A DNA stretch of 64,000 nucleotides. Source: a virus. Of the stretch, positions 10,015 to 19,414 are shown in pieces; positions within the stretch are counted from its first letter, which is position 1, and every line of letters starts with the position of its first letter. The position numbers were made by a program, and so were the translations under genes. The notes below the pieces were generated by a model. It searched no databases, was not told where the DNA came from, and saw nothing but the letters and a program-made list of their open reading frames with translations. The stretch is from positions 77,604 through 141,603 of IMG/VR virus record IMGVR_UViG_3300010354_000046. One strand, 5' to 3'.

Positions 10015-10790
10015 TACTTTATACTCCTAAAAGGACATGCATCAGTTTCAAGAGTTTTTATGAATAAATCTCGAGTTTTAGATTGTTTTAAAAATGTTTT
10101 AGCACCAGTCGACACTTGTGTTTTTTTAATCCACTCTTGTTCGCTAATAACTTGTATTTTTAATTCGACTTTTTTATCGGTAAGAGGAATGATGTGGACA
10201 AGAGGAGTTCCAGCTTTCATAATAAATTCTTGCCTTATATTTGGAATCTCCATAAATGTATGCAAATGTAAACAATGCTGGCTGTTAAAATCAATAACAC
10301 CTCCAGCTGGCGCTAATTTATTAATCCAGAAAGGATCGTTGTTAGTAGTCCAATAGGGTTTTTGTATTAAAAATTTTGTACCAGTGGGTTCTTCTATATG
10401 CCATGGAAGCACTATCTTTACATGCTGATATCCATTAAACCCGCTCCATTGTCCGGGCCAGTGACTTTCTAAAGCAAACGGATTATCTGCACTAATAAAA
10501 CTATATTTGCCATCAGTATCTATAATAACACTTACGTCAGTCCACAACGGAGCCATGAATCCAGTTTTAAAATAATCAATAACACCCGGGCAACCTTTAA
10601 GCGTTCCTGATGGGATTTTGTGCCTTGCGCCAGTTCCTGGATTTGTTTTTTCTTCGATTGTTTCCAAGGGCAAATCTTTAATCCAACCTGGGTAAAATTT
10701 CATTGCTGGCATTATGGGTGTTGTTTTAGCAATCATCGAATCGTATGTAAAACAATTCAGTGTTATTTTTGATTTCTTAAAAAAGAACAT
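10014..10790 (-). CDS. Hypothetical phage protein (CP..DY..G / GTPL..IIP type, possibly beta-clip/dUTPase-like fold)
   Basis: 258-aa ORF translationally coupled on both sides; motifs KGCPGVIDYFKTGF and KAGTPLVHIIP. Function unknown. Confidence 0.6.
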   Translation of the reverse strand: MFFFKKSKITLNCFTYDSMIAKTTPIMPAMKFYPGWIKDLPLETIEEKTNPGTGARHKIPSGTLKGCPGVIDYFKTGFMAPLWTDVSVIIDTDGKYSFISADNPFALESHWPGQWSGFNGYQHVKIVLPWHIEEPTGTKFLIQKPYWTTNNDPFWINKLAPAGGVIDFNSQHCLHLHTFMEIPNIRQEFIMKAGTPLVHIIPLTDKKVELKIQVISEQEWIKKTQVSTGAKTFLKQSKTRDLFIKTLETDACPFRSIK

Positions 10791-11440
10791 TATGCATCAA
10801 CTCCTACATTACCGGCAATGCTTATTCTGTAATCGTCGCTAGTATAAAACGGATTAACACTATGCGTCAGAGTTGCTGGAAAAAATAACATTTTTCCCTC
10901 AAACTCCTTGTCTACAGGTATAACCATTCCGCTATGTTGTCCTACTATGTTCGAATAATGAAATGTAAATTTAGAAACACGACGACTCTGGTCATTCATA
11001 TCGGGAAACATTCTGTCTTCGTCTTCTAAATTATAAGGAATTTTAATCCAGATAACAAAGCTAAAAATACCTGTGTGCAAGTGCGGCGGATTAAATTCAT
11101 GTTTCTTTTGAAAGTTAACCCATAAATTTTTTAGTTTAAATTTCCTATTATCATTGTAAATGCCAATATCAACTTGAGGAGTGTAGTTCCATTTTTCATC
11201 GTATAATTTAGTTAACGCAAGAGCTAAAGGCTCAACAGCATTCCAACAATCACTATTGGCAACATATTCGTGGTTTAAGTGACCTAGTAGATTTCTTTGA
11301 AATCCTTGATAAGAATCAAACTTTGATTCAAGCATTTGTTGAACGCTCGAAGTTAATACTTGCATAACATCGTTGGGTACAATTGCATCTATAACCCCAA
11401 TGTTTGGTAAATCTCGAAATCTTGTGAGTAAGTTGTTCAT
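10790..11440 (-). CDS. Putative 2OG-Fe(II) oxygenase (HxH type)
   Basis: WVNFQKKHEFNPPHLH...FFPATLTHSVNPF...RISIAGN. Confidence 0.8.
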   Translation of the reverse strand: MNNLLTRFRDLPNIGVIDAIVPNDVMQVLTSSVQQMLESKFDSYQGFQRNLLGHLNHEYVANSDCWNAVEPLALALTKLYDEKWNYTPQVDIGIYNDNRKFKLKNLWVNFQKKHEFNPPHLHTGIFSFVIWIKIPYNLEDEDRMFPDMNDQSRRVSKFTFHYSNIVGQHSGMVIPVDKEFEGKMLFFPATLTHSVNPFYTSDDYRISIAGNVGVDA

Positions 11441-12087
11441 ACTAATCTTAAGTTTCCTGCAACAGATATTCTGTAGTCGTCACTGGTATAAAATGGATTT
11501 ACACTATGATTTAAGTGAGATGGGAATATTGCAATATTTCCTTCAAAATTTTTGTCTATGTTTAATGAATAATTTCTAAGTTGGCCAAGTACGTTGTTAT
11601 AATGAAAAGTAAACTTCGATGTTCGTGGGTCGCTGTTACTTACAACAGGAAATACTTTACGCTCGTCGTCTAAATTATAAGGAATGCGAACCCATATAAC
11701 AAAACTTAAAATTCCAGTGTGTGTATGTACAGGATTAAATTCGTATTTTTTTTGAAAATTTACCCATAGATCAGTAAGTCTTAACTGCTTCGGAACTGTT
11801 ACATTAAACTGCTCGTCTAGTTCTTGGAAATAATGCCATTTTTCGTCGTACAAATTTGCTAAATGCAAAATAAAAGGCTCGATTTGCGGTATTAAGCCGT
11901 GCATGCCGTATTCGTTGTTCATATGTCCCAGCAGTAAATTTCGATAGTCGAATTCTTTATCAAACCCGCCGTTTAACATTCTATCAATATCTTGATTTAA
12001 GATACTCATTATTTCGTCAGGTACTTGGGCTATTAAAACTCCATATGTTGGAAGCTCCCGAAAATCTATAGAAAGTTGCTTGGTCAT
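11437..12087 (-). CDS. Putative 2OG-Fe(II) oxygenase (HxH type), paralogue of the neighbour
   Basis: WVNFQKKYEFNPVHTH...IFPSHLNHSVNPF...RISVAGN. Confidence 0.8.
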   Translation of the reverse strand: MTKQLSIDFRELPTYGVLIAQVPDEIMSILNQDIDRMLNGGFDKEFDYRNLLLGHMNNEYGMHGLIPQIEPFILHLANLYDEKWHYFQELDEQFNVTVPKQLRLTDLWVNFQKKYEFNPVHTHTGILSFVIWVRIPYNLDDERKVFPVVSNSDPRTSKFTFHYNNVLGQLRNYSLNIDKNFEGNIAIFPSHLNHSVNPFYTSDDYRISVAGNLRLV

Positions 12088-12172
12088 GTATTATCTCGTA
12101 AGTTTACTATATATCACAATCTCCCGAGTAGGTTTTAGAGTTTAGATAAATTACATAAACAAGGAAACTCAT

Positions 12173-13768
12173 ATGGACAGAAATAAGACGATTAAAAAAA
12201 TAGTTATAGTTGGCGGCGGATCGGCTGGGTGGATGACTGCTGCAACATTAAAACATTTTTTTCCGTTAAATGAAGTAGTTGTTATTGAAAGTCCGGATAT
12301 TCCAATTGTGGGTGTCGGGGAAAGTACATTGGGAGGTATACGTTACTGGACCCAAGCCCTCGGTATTGATGAGAAAGATTTCCTGTCTTACACAAATGGG
12401 TCGTACAAATTAAGTATTAAATTTACTGATTTTTATGATAAAGATGCAGGGTCTTTCCACTACCCGTTTGGAACGCCTGTGCTTACCGATGCGCCCGAAG
12501 GTCTTAACGAGTGGCAAGCAAAAAAAGTAATTTACCCCGACACGCCTGTGGAAGATTATTGCAGAACATTTTATTCGCAGATGCCTTTGATTGAAGGTAA
12601 TAAGTATAGTTTGAATGAAGATGGCGATATTGACGGCTACCGAACTGATTCAGACGTAGCTTACCATTTTGATGCTCAGCTATTTGGAAGATGGCTTCGT
12701 GAACGGTACTGCATTCCGAGAGGAGTACAGCGTACAGAGGATACAGTCGTTGACATCAAAACCAACGACGACGGAATTGAAAAATTAATTTTAAAATCAG
12801 GCCAAGAAGTTACTGCTGATTTATTTGTTGATTGCACAGGTTGGAAAAGTATGCTGCTAGGCGGTGCTCTTAAAGAACCGTTTACTTCTTATGAAGACAT
12901 GTTGCCAAATAATAGAGCATGGGCGGTACAATTGCCCTATGTAGATCCTGAAAAAGAAATTGAACCGTATACTAATTGTACTGCTATTGGACACGGTTGG
13001 TGTTGGAATATTCCGTTGTGGAGTCGTTTAGGCACTGGGTACGTGTACAGCGACAAGTATATTGACCCCGAAGGCGCTAAAGAAGAATTTAAACAGTATC
13101 TTATGAGTAATAAGATGACTGTTCCTAGAACCAAAGAACAAGTAGATGCGTTACAGTTCCGTGATATCCAAATGAGAATTGGAATCCATGAACGCACATG
13201 GGTTAAGAATGTAGTAGCTATTGGGCTTTCTGCGGGGTTTATCGAACCCTTAGAAAGTAACGGATTGTTCAGCGTTCACGAGTTCCTTATGATGCTGGTA
13301 GCAGCTCTTGAAAGATCTCATACTAGCCAGTGGGACAAAGACGGTTATAACACCGCAACTTTATCTTTATTTAGAAATTTAGCAGAATTTGTAGCATTAC
13401 ACTATGCCCTAAGCGGCCGCAATGATACAAACTACTGGGAAGCTATTAGCAAAAAAACATTTGATCCTGGAATGGTCAAGCGTATTCCTACTATTAACAG
13501 AGGATTTGCAGACCTTGTAGATAAAAAGTTTTTTATGTTTGGACACAATTTACCCGGCGGCATTCATTGTATTGCAACAGGGATGAATTATTTTGTTATG
13601 AATCGTGCAAACATTATACACGCCGAGTGGAAATTTGGGCATAACGCAAAACGTGTGTTGGATGAATTTATATTCAAAAGAAAATTCCTACAAGATAAAT
13701 GGCAACGTGCAGCAGATCGATCTCCGACACTCTATCAATTTTTGAAAAATAAAATTTATAATGACTGA
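12173..13768 (+). CDS. Flavin-dependent tryptophan halogenase-family protein with canonical motifs
   Basis: GGGSAG, GVGEST, SYKLSIKF, intact GWCWNIP (WxWxIP) and FIEPLESNG. Confidence 0.9.
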   Translation: MDRNKTIKKIVIVGGGSAGWMTAATLKHFFPLNEVVVIESPDIPIVGVGESTLGGIRYWTQALGIDEKDFLSYTNGSYKLSIKFTDFYDKDAGSFHYPFGTPVLTDAPEGLNEWQAKKVIYPDTPVEDYCRTFYSQMPLIEGNKYSLNEDGDIDGYRTDSDVAYHFDAQLFGRWLRERYCIPRGVQRTEDTVVDIKTNDDGIEKLILKSGQEVTADLFVDCTGWKSMLLGGALKEPFTSYEDMLPNNRAWAVQLPYVDPEKEIEPYTNCTAIGHGWCWNIPLWSRLGTGYVYSDKYIDPEGAKEEFKQYLMSNKMTVPRTKEQVDALQFRDIQMRIGIHERTWVKNVVAIGLSAGFIEPLESNGLFSVHEFLMMLVAALERSHTSQWDKDGYNTATLSLFRNLAEFVALHYALSGRNDTNYWEAISKKTFDPGMVKRIPTINRGFADLVDKKFFMFGHNLPGGIHCIATGMNYFVMNRANIIHAEWKFGHNAKRVLDEFIFKRKFLQDKWQRAADRSPTLYQFLKNKIYND

Positions 13769-14369
13769 TTTATATCCTTTATTTTCTCAGCCGGTATTAA
13801 CTGTTGATACGGACAAATCAAAGCTGGTAGATCTTGTATCTTATTGTGAAAATGTGCTACAATACAGATCTAACGCTGGAGGTAATTTTACTAGTTTGAA
13901 TACAAGTGTATTAGATCTTGCCGAGTTCAGTGATGCAAAAGAACTGATTAACAACGCCATTAAAGTATACACCCAAGAAGTAATGTCCTGGACTGACGAA
14001 GGTTTAAATTTCTTTGTAACTCAATCTTGGGTTAACAAAAATCCAAGAGGAACATGGCATCACGAACATTATCATTTGAATACAGTTTTAAGCGGTGTAT
14101 TATATTTGCAAACTGTTGAGAATGATAGTATATCTTTTGTTAACAACTCGAAACCATTTTTTAAGTTTTACCCAACAGTTTCGAATATTTGGAATAGCGA
14201 AAGATTTAATATTGAAGCTAAAGATAATAGAGTAGTGTTATTTCCAAGTGGAATGTTGCACGGCGTGCCTTCGCATAATTCAAACTATAATAGATTTAGT
14301 TTGGCTTTTAACGTGTTTGTTAAAGGAAAAATTGGTAGCAAGGAAAATTTAACATATGTTGAATATTAA
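13761..14369 (+). CDS. Putative 2OG-Fe(II) oxygenase (TIGR02466-like)
   Basis: SWVN...HHEHYH...SGVLYL...LFPSGMLHGV...RFSLAFN. Confidence 0.8.
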   Translation: MTDLYPLFSQPVLTVDTDKSKLVDLVSYCENVLQYRSNAGGNFTSLNTSVLDLAEFSDAKELINNAIKVYTQEVMSWTDEGLNFFVTQSWVNKNPRGTWHHEHYHLNTVLSGVLYLQTVENDSISFVNNSKPFFKFYPTVSNIWNSERFNIEAKDNRVVLFPSGMLHGVPSHNSNYNRFSLAFNVFVKGKIGSKENLTYVEY

Positions 14370-14377
14370 GGACTAAG

Positions 14378-15319
14378 ATGAAAAGAAACACAGCATTTTT
14401 AATCAATGGCGGAGCGGGGCGTGTACTGAGTTCCATTCCTGCTTTCGAACTTTACGAAAAAGAAAATCCCGAGGATAATTTTATCATTGTTGTTGAAGGA
14501 TTTATGGAGTTATTTAAAGGGCATCCAACTTTATATAAAAGATGTTACGAGTTTAGTCATCGTAATTTATTTGAAGATAAACTACGAGATATGAATTATT
14601 TTCAGCCTGAGCCTTACCAAGTATGGGAATACTATAATCAAAAAGCTACAATTTCTCAAGCATTTGATATTGCTATTAATAAAAAGGGGCTTCGAGAAGT
14701 ACCTAAGCCCACTATTGCTCTTACCACAGAAGAAAATTTAGGGGGCGCTGAAACTCTAAAAAATATTCGCAAAGACTTCAATAATAAAAAAGCCATAGTT
14801 ATTCAACCCTTTGGAAGAGGGTCAAATATGAATCATCATGCTCATAATATCGATATGGGCGGTCGATCATTTATGCCCGAACATGCTGCCAAACTGATCA
14901 AACGCCTACAGAAAAAATATTGTGTTATTGTTATGGACGAAAAACAACACGATTTTAAAGCATTAGGATGTGAAGACGTTGTTGTACAGATGACAGGAAT
15001 GACTTTACGTCGATGGATGGGCGTTATTAACTCTGCTAGCTACTTTGTCGGCTGCGATAGTATTGGTCAGCACATTGCGTATGCCTTAGGAAAACCGGCT
15101 ACAATTATCATTGGGTCAACATTTAAAGAAAATGTGTCGTACCCTAACGCTAAGAATTTTAATATTATTGACCTAGGTGAAGGCCGTAAAATGTACAGCC
15201 CTATTAGAATGTGTTTTAATGAAATTGCAGATGTTAACAACGATAAACTAATGCACTTAAAAGATTCAGATTATGATAAAATTGTTGCTTCTATCGAAAA
15301 CGGAATGAATAAGGTATGA
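14378..15319 (+). CDS. Glycosyltransferase, GT9/heptosyltransferase-like GT-B fold
   Basis: N-terminal GGAGR.L, IVIQPFG, and FVGCDSIGQHIAYALGKP matching the GT9 D-S-x-x-x-H-x-A-x-A motif. Confidence 0.7.
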   Translation: MKRNTAFLINGGAGRVLSSIPAFELYEKENPEDNFIIVVEGFMELFKGHPTLYKRCYEFSHRNLFEDKLRDMNYFQPEPYQVWEYYNQKATISQAFDIAINKKGLREVPKPTIALTTEENLGGAETLKNIRKDFNNKKAIVIQPFGRGSNMNHHAHNIDMGGRSFMPEHAAKLIKRLQKKYCVIVMDEKQHDFKALGCEDVVVQMTGMTLRRWMGVINSASYFVGCDSIGQHIAYALGKPATIIIGSTFKENVSYPNAKNFNIIDLGEGRKMYSPIRMCFNEIADVNNDKLMHLKDSDYDKIVASIENGMNKV

Positions 15320-15924
15320 CGTCATTTGAAATTATTCCTTTATTTCCTCAAGCGTTATATAGGGCTGTTTTTCGGCCCTTAACTTCCACTGAGATTGAAA
15401 TAATTGATAATTTCCCTGTTGAAAAGCAACAGTTGGGTAATCATACTAGTCATGTACCTTACTTTTTAAACGAACCTGGATTAGAAAATTTAAAAAAAGA
15501 TTTAGAAGAGCATATCGATACATATGTAAGAGAAATAATGAAAGTTGACTACAATGTGTATATTACCAATTCTTGGAAAAATTTAACCAAGCCCGGTGAG
15601 CAGCATATGATACACAACCATTCAAACAGCATTATTTCTGGATGTTTGTACCTAAGATCGAGTCACATCCAACCTACTATATCTTTTACTAGAGGAAATT
15701 TTCCTTATCTGCTTGCATTTGAGCCAACAGAATTTACGCCATTTAACGCATTAGAGTGGACCATTCCGGTTGAGGATAACAATATTATTTTATTCCCGTC
15801 AACTATGCATCATTGTGTAAAGACCAATCAAAGTAACAAAGAAAGAATGAGTCTTGCATTTAATACATTTGTTAGAGGTAACATCAGGACTCAATATACA
15901 GGAGCAGATTTAATCTTAAAATAA
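15316..15924 (+). CDS. Putative 2OG-Fe(II) oxygenase (TIGR02466-like)
   Basis: SWKN...HMIHNHSNSIISGCLYL...LFPSTMHHCV...RMSLAFN. Confidence 0.8.
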   Translation: MTSFEIIPLFPQALYRAVFRPLTSTEIEIIDNFPVEKQQLGNHTSHVPYFLNEPGLENLKKDLEEHIDTYVREIMKVDYNVYITNSWKNLTKPGEQHMIHNHSNSIISGCLYLRSSHIQPTISFTRGNFPYLLAFEPTEFTPFNALEWTIPVEDNNIILFPSTMHHCVKTNQSNKERMSLAFNTFVRGNIRTQYTGADLILK

Positions 15925-15927
15925 ATT

Positions 15928-17718
15928 ATGAAAAAACCTATTTGGATTGCAGCAATTACTAGAGGGCATAATGCCAGTGTATGTTTACTAAAAGACGGAG
16001 AAATTGTTTTTAGTATTGAAGAAGAGAGATTAAGTCGACACAAATATGACGGCGGTCCTTTTGCTTCGATGATAAAAATTTTAGAATATACGGATAAACT
16101 TGATTATCTTGTTGTTGCACACACTCAAACATTAGACGACACCGCAGGAAAAATTGACTTCACTGGAGATAACGTTTATACAGGTCTTGCAAGAAAACTA
16201 GGATTAATCAATCGCAAAGAAAACATTTATAAACATCCACAAGTTATTGATTTAAGTCATATACACCATAAACTTCATGCTGCTTGTGCATTTTATCGAA
16301 GTGGTTTTGAAAATGCAGTTGCAGTTATTGTAGATGGCGCAGGAACATTTTTACCGTTAAGTGTAAACAACGAAGCAGTAATTGGCTGGGAAACAGAAAG
16401 TCTTTACGACTGTTCCTACCCTAGTAATTTTACAACATTATATAAACACATTGGGCTACGAGGACCTAATTCTGGTATGTTAGTTAAGAATTTTGATAGT
16501 TCAATGTATGACGAGCCTGGTAAAACACACGAAGCGTTTATCACAGACCGTGCAGGTATTACTAAAGTATACGAAGCAGTTACCCAGTACTGTGGATGGA
16601 GCCCTATTGAAGCCGGTAAAACTATGGGGTTATTTCCATATGGTAACAAAACAGACAAGATACCTAAGTTATTTGACGAATCAAGTGTAAGGCCGGTATC
16701 GAACAGAAACCTTATTGTTCCTACTTATCCTAACGGTGCTGTGGTTAATCATGGCTTGTTTGAGTATTTAAATGAGCACGAAGCACAAGACATTACATAT
16801 CTTGATAACCGTCGAGACTTAGCTTATGCCTGTCAAACACAAACTCAAGAACAGTCGCTTAAATTAATAAAATATGCTGTTGAAAAAAGCGGGAATAAAA
16901 ATGTAGTGTTTAGTGGAGGTTACGGTTTAAATTGTGTTGCCAATTACTATTATCTAAATGAGCTTAGAAAAGACGGTATTAACTTCTACGTTGAACCTAT
17001 TAGTAATGATGCTGGAACAGCGATTGGTGCAGCATTAATGTGGTGGCACAAACTTACTAATGATTGTACTATTAGAAAAGGAAAAACACTTTATCTTGGT
17101 CCTAAAAAAACTTATAGTAATGAAGAAATTTATAAGGAAGTTAACAAAGCAAATGTACAGATAAAAGATGCATCTTATGCAGACATTGTCAAGCTGTTAA
17201 CAGAAAAAAACATTGTTACACTATTCCAAGGATCTAGTGAAAACGGTCCAAGAGCATTAGGAAATCGTAGTGTACTATTTGACCCTAGGTTTGCAGATGG
17301 TAAAGACTATGTTAATAATGTAAAACACAGAGAATATTTTAGGCCGTTTGCAGGCAGTATTTTACAAGAATTTGTACACGAATGGTTTGATTTACGTGGC
17401 ATGGAGGACACTCCTTTTATGATGTATGCTGTAAATTGCCAACCAGGAGTAGAAGAAAAAATACCAAGTATCATTCATGTCGACGGAACTTGTCGTATAC
17501 AAACAGTAACACAAGAACAAAATTATCATTACTATAATTTGATTAAAGAATTTTATAATCAAACAGGATGTCCAATTATCTTTAATACTAGTTTTAACTT
17601 AGGTGGTGAACCATTAGTTGAAACATTAGAAGATGCTATATGGACCTTAACAAATTCGGACATTGAATATTTGTTCTTACCTGAGTATAATAAATTAATC
17701 ATTGTTAAAAATAAATGA
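15928..17718 (+). CDS. Carbamoyltransferase (NodU/CmcH/TobZ family)
   Basis: EEERLSRHK, HHKLHA, VDGAG, GKTMGL, SGGYGLNC.AN, DAGTAIGA, GPRALGNRS, KHREYFRPFA, HVDGTCRIQTV and NTSFN. Confidence 0.95.
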   Translation: MKKPIWIAAITRGHNASVCLLKDGEIVFSIEEERLSRHKYDGGPFASMIKILEYTDKLDYLVVAHTQTLDDTAGKIDFTGDNVYTGLARKLGLINRKENIYKHPQVIDLSHIHHKLHAACAFYRSGFENAVAVIVDGAGTFLPLSVNNEAVIGWETESLYDCSYPSNFTTLYKHIGLRGPNSGMLVKNFDSSMYDEPGKTHEAFITDRAGITKVYEAVTQYCGWSPIEAGKTMGLFPYGNKTDKIPKLFDESSVRPVSNRNLIVPTYPNGAVVNHGLFEYLNEHEAQDITYLDNRRDLAYACQTQTQEQSLKLIKYAVEKSGNKNVVFSGGYGLNCVANYYYLNELRKDGINFYVEPISNDAGTAIGAALMWWHKLTNDCTIRKGKTLYLGPKKTYSNEEIYKEVNKANVQIKDASYADIVKLLTEKNIVTLFQGSSENGPRALGNRSVLFDPRFADGKDYVNNVKHREYFRPFAGSILQEFVHEWFDLRGMEDTPFMMYAVNCQPGVEEKIPSIIHVDGTCRIQTVTQEQNYHYYNLIKEFYNQTGCPIIFNTSFNLGGEPLVETLEDAIWTLTNSDIEYLFLPEYNKLIIVKNK

Positions 17719-18230
17719 TACAACATTTTTCAGAATTTGTTGAGCCGTGGCTGCATAACAAAGCTAAAGAACAATTGCTGAGTCCTATGCTGGACTGGAA
17801 TTTTCCTACATTTGGTGGTCAAGATACTGATATAAAGTATGCTTGTTTTGGTAGATGTGCTCTAAATTTAAGTAAAAATTATGTAAACTGGAATAGAGTT
17901 GAATCGTTAACTTATGTGTTAGATAACTGGTTAGAGCGTAACAAGAATTGGTTTCAAGTTGATCTTGTCGGTAGATGTATAATGAATTTTTATACTCCGG
18001 GCCAGCAAACAGAGTGGCACACAGATAATACTTATAACATGCCAGGACTTTATAGCCTACTGTATTATGTAAATGATGCTGACGGTGGAACAGAATTTAA
18101 GGATCACAAATATTACCACCAGGAAAACACAGGAATATTGTTCGATTCTTATACATTGCATAGACCAATAGTATCTACGGTGCCCCGAAGAATAAGTGTA
18201 AGTTGGATAATTCAAGGACGAGTATTATGA
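17715..18230 (+). CDS. 2OG-Fe(II) oxygenase (HxD type, prolyl-hydroxylase-like)
   Basis: WHTD, LYYVNDADGGTEF, distal His and RISVSW. Confidence 0.8.
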   Translation: MIQHFSEFVEPWLHNKAKEQLLSPMLDWNFPTFGGQDTDIKYACFGRCALNLSKNYVNWNRVESLTYVLDNWLERNKNWFQVDLVGRCIMNFYTPGQQTEWHTDNTYNMPGLYSLLYYVNDADGGTEFKDHKYYHQENTGILFDSYTLHRPIVSTVPRRISVSWIIQGRVL

Positions 18231-19414
18231 AAGTTGCAGTATTGGGCGTGGGCACAGCTGGAATTATGTCGCTGTGTCATGCATTACGATGGTTATGTCC
18301 AAAAGACAGTACTGTAACTTCAATATATGATCCCAAGTTTCCAATTTTAGGAATTGGAGAAACATCTCAACCTGGATTCCAAACTTTATTATTTGAGTCA
18401 ACCGGTTTCACTTTTTTAGACGATGCTGATAAATTGGATGCAACCATTAAATTAGGTGGAATGTGGAAGAATTGGAGAGACGATGACTTTAATGCGTGTC
18501 TTACTGCACCATCTTATGCTATACATTTTAATAATTTTAAATTGAAAGAATTTTGTTTTTCGAGGTTTAATAAAAAATACCAAAGTAAATTTTTAGTATC
18601 CGAAGGTAACATAGACAGTATAACTAATGCAGGAACTTGTGTGCTAGTAGTTGTCGACGGCATAGAATATCAATACGACTATGTTATTGATTGTAGAGGT
18701 TATCCTACAGACCTGAGTGAATACTATGTTGTTGAAACTCCAACTGTAAATAGTGCATTGGTAAACATAATTAATGAACCGGGTACATGGAACGCTACTG
18801 TTAACCAAGCTACAAAGAACGGCTGGATGTTCGGGCTACCTTTACAAACAAGACAAGGGTGGGGATATCTATATAATGATAAACTTACTACAAAAGAAGA
18901 AGCAATAAAAGATATTGAAGAAATCTTTAATAAAGAGAACATAGAATTAAAAGAATTTAAATTTAACAGTTATCATGCTAATACATTTTTTGACGGTAGA
19001 ATTTTAAAAAACGGAAACAGGGCGTTCTTTTTTGAACCAATAGAAGGGCAGGCGGGATTTTTTTACGAAATCGCCTTGCGGTATCTTGTAGATTATGTGT
19101 ATGGCCAGTGTTCTGTAGCAGATGTTAACAGACACCTTTTAGATGCAGCAAAAGATTTAGAATTATTCATTAATTTTATATATCACGGCGGCAGTAAGTT
19201 TCAAACAACTTATTGGAGTCATATATCAAAAGTGGCTAGAGAAAAACTAAACAACAACGAAAAATGGAATTATATTGTTTCTACCGTGAATAATTATTTA
19301 AAATTTGGTGGGCAAGAGCCGCCAACTAACACTATAGGTCGTTGGAGTGTTCACCACTGGAAAATGTGGGATAAAAAGTTAGGCTATAATTATTTTTATG
19401 ATAAAAACATTTAA
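18227..19414 (+). CDS. Shorter, divergent tryptophan halogenase-family flavoprotein
   Basis: Start placed at ATG 18227 (ATGA overlap, AGGA RBS); GVGTAG, GIGETS, ATIKLG, GWMFGLP and FFEPIEG. Confidence 0.8.
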   Translation: MKVAVLGVGTAGIMSLCHALRWLCPKDSTVTSIYDPKFPILGIGETSQPGFQTLLFESTGFTFLDDADKLDATIKLGGMWKNWRDDDFNACLTAPSYAIHFNNFKLKEFCFSRFNKKYQSKFLVSEGNIDSITNAGTCVLVVVDGIEYQYDYVIDCRGYPTDLSEYYVVETPTVNSALVNIINEPGTWNATVNQATKNGWMFGLPLQTRQGWGYLYNDKLTTKEEAIKDIEEIFNKENIELKEFKFNSYHANTFFDGRILKNGNRAFFFEPIEGQAGFFYEIALRYLVDYVYGQCSVADVNRHLLDAAKDLELFINFIYHGGSKFQTTYWSHISKVAREKLNNNEKWNYIVSTVNNYLKFGGQEPPTNTIGRWSVHHWKMWDKKLGYNYFYDKNI

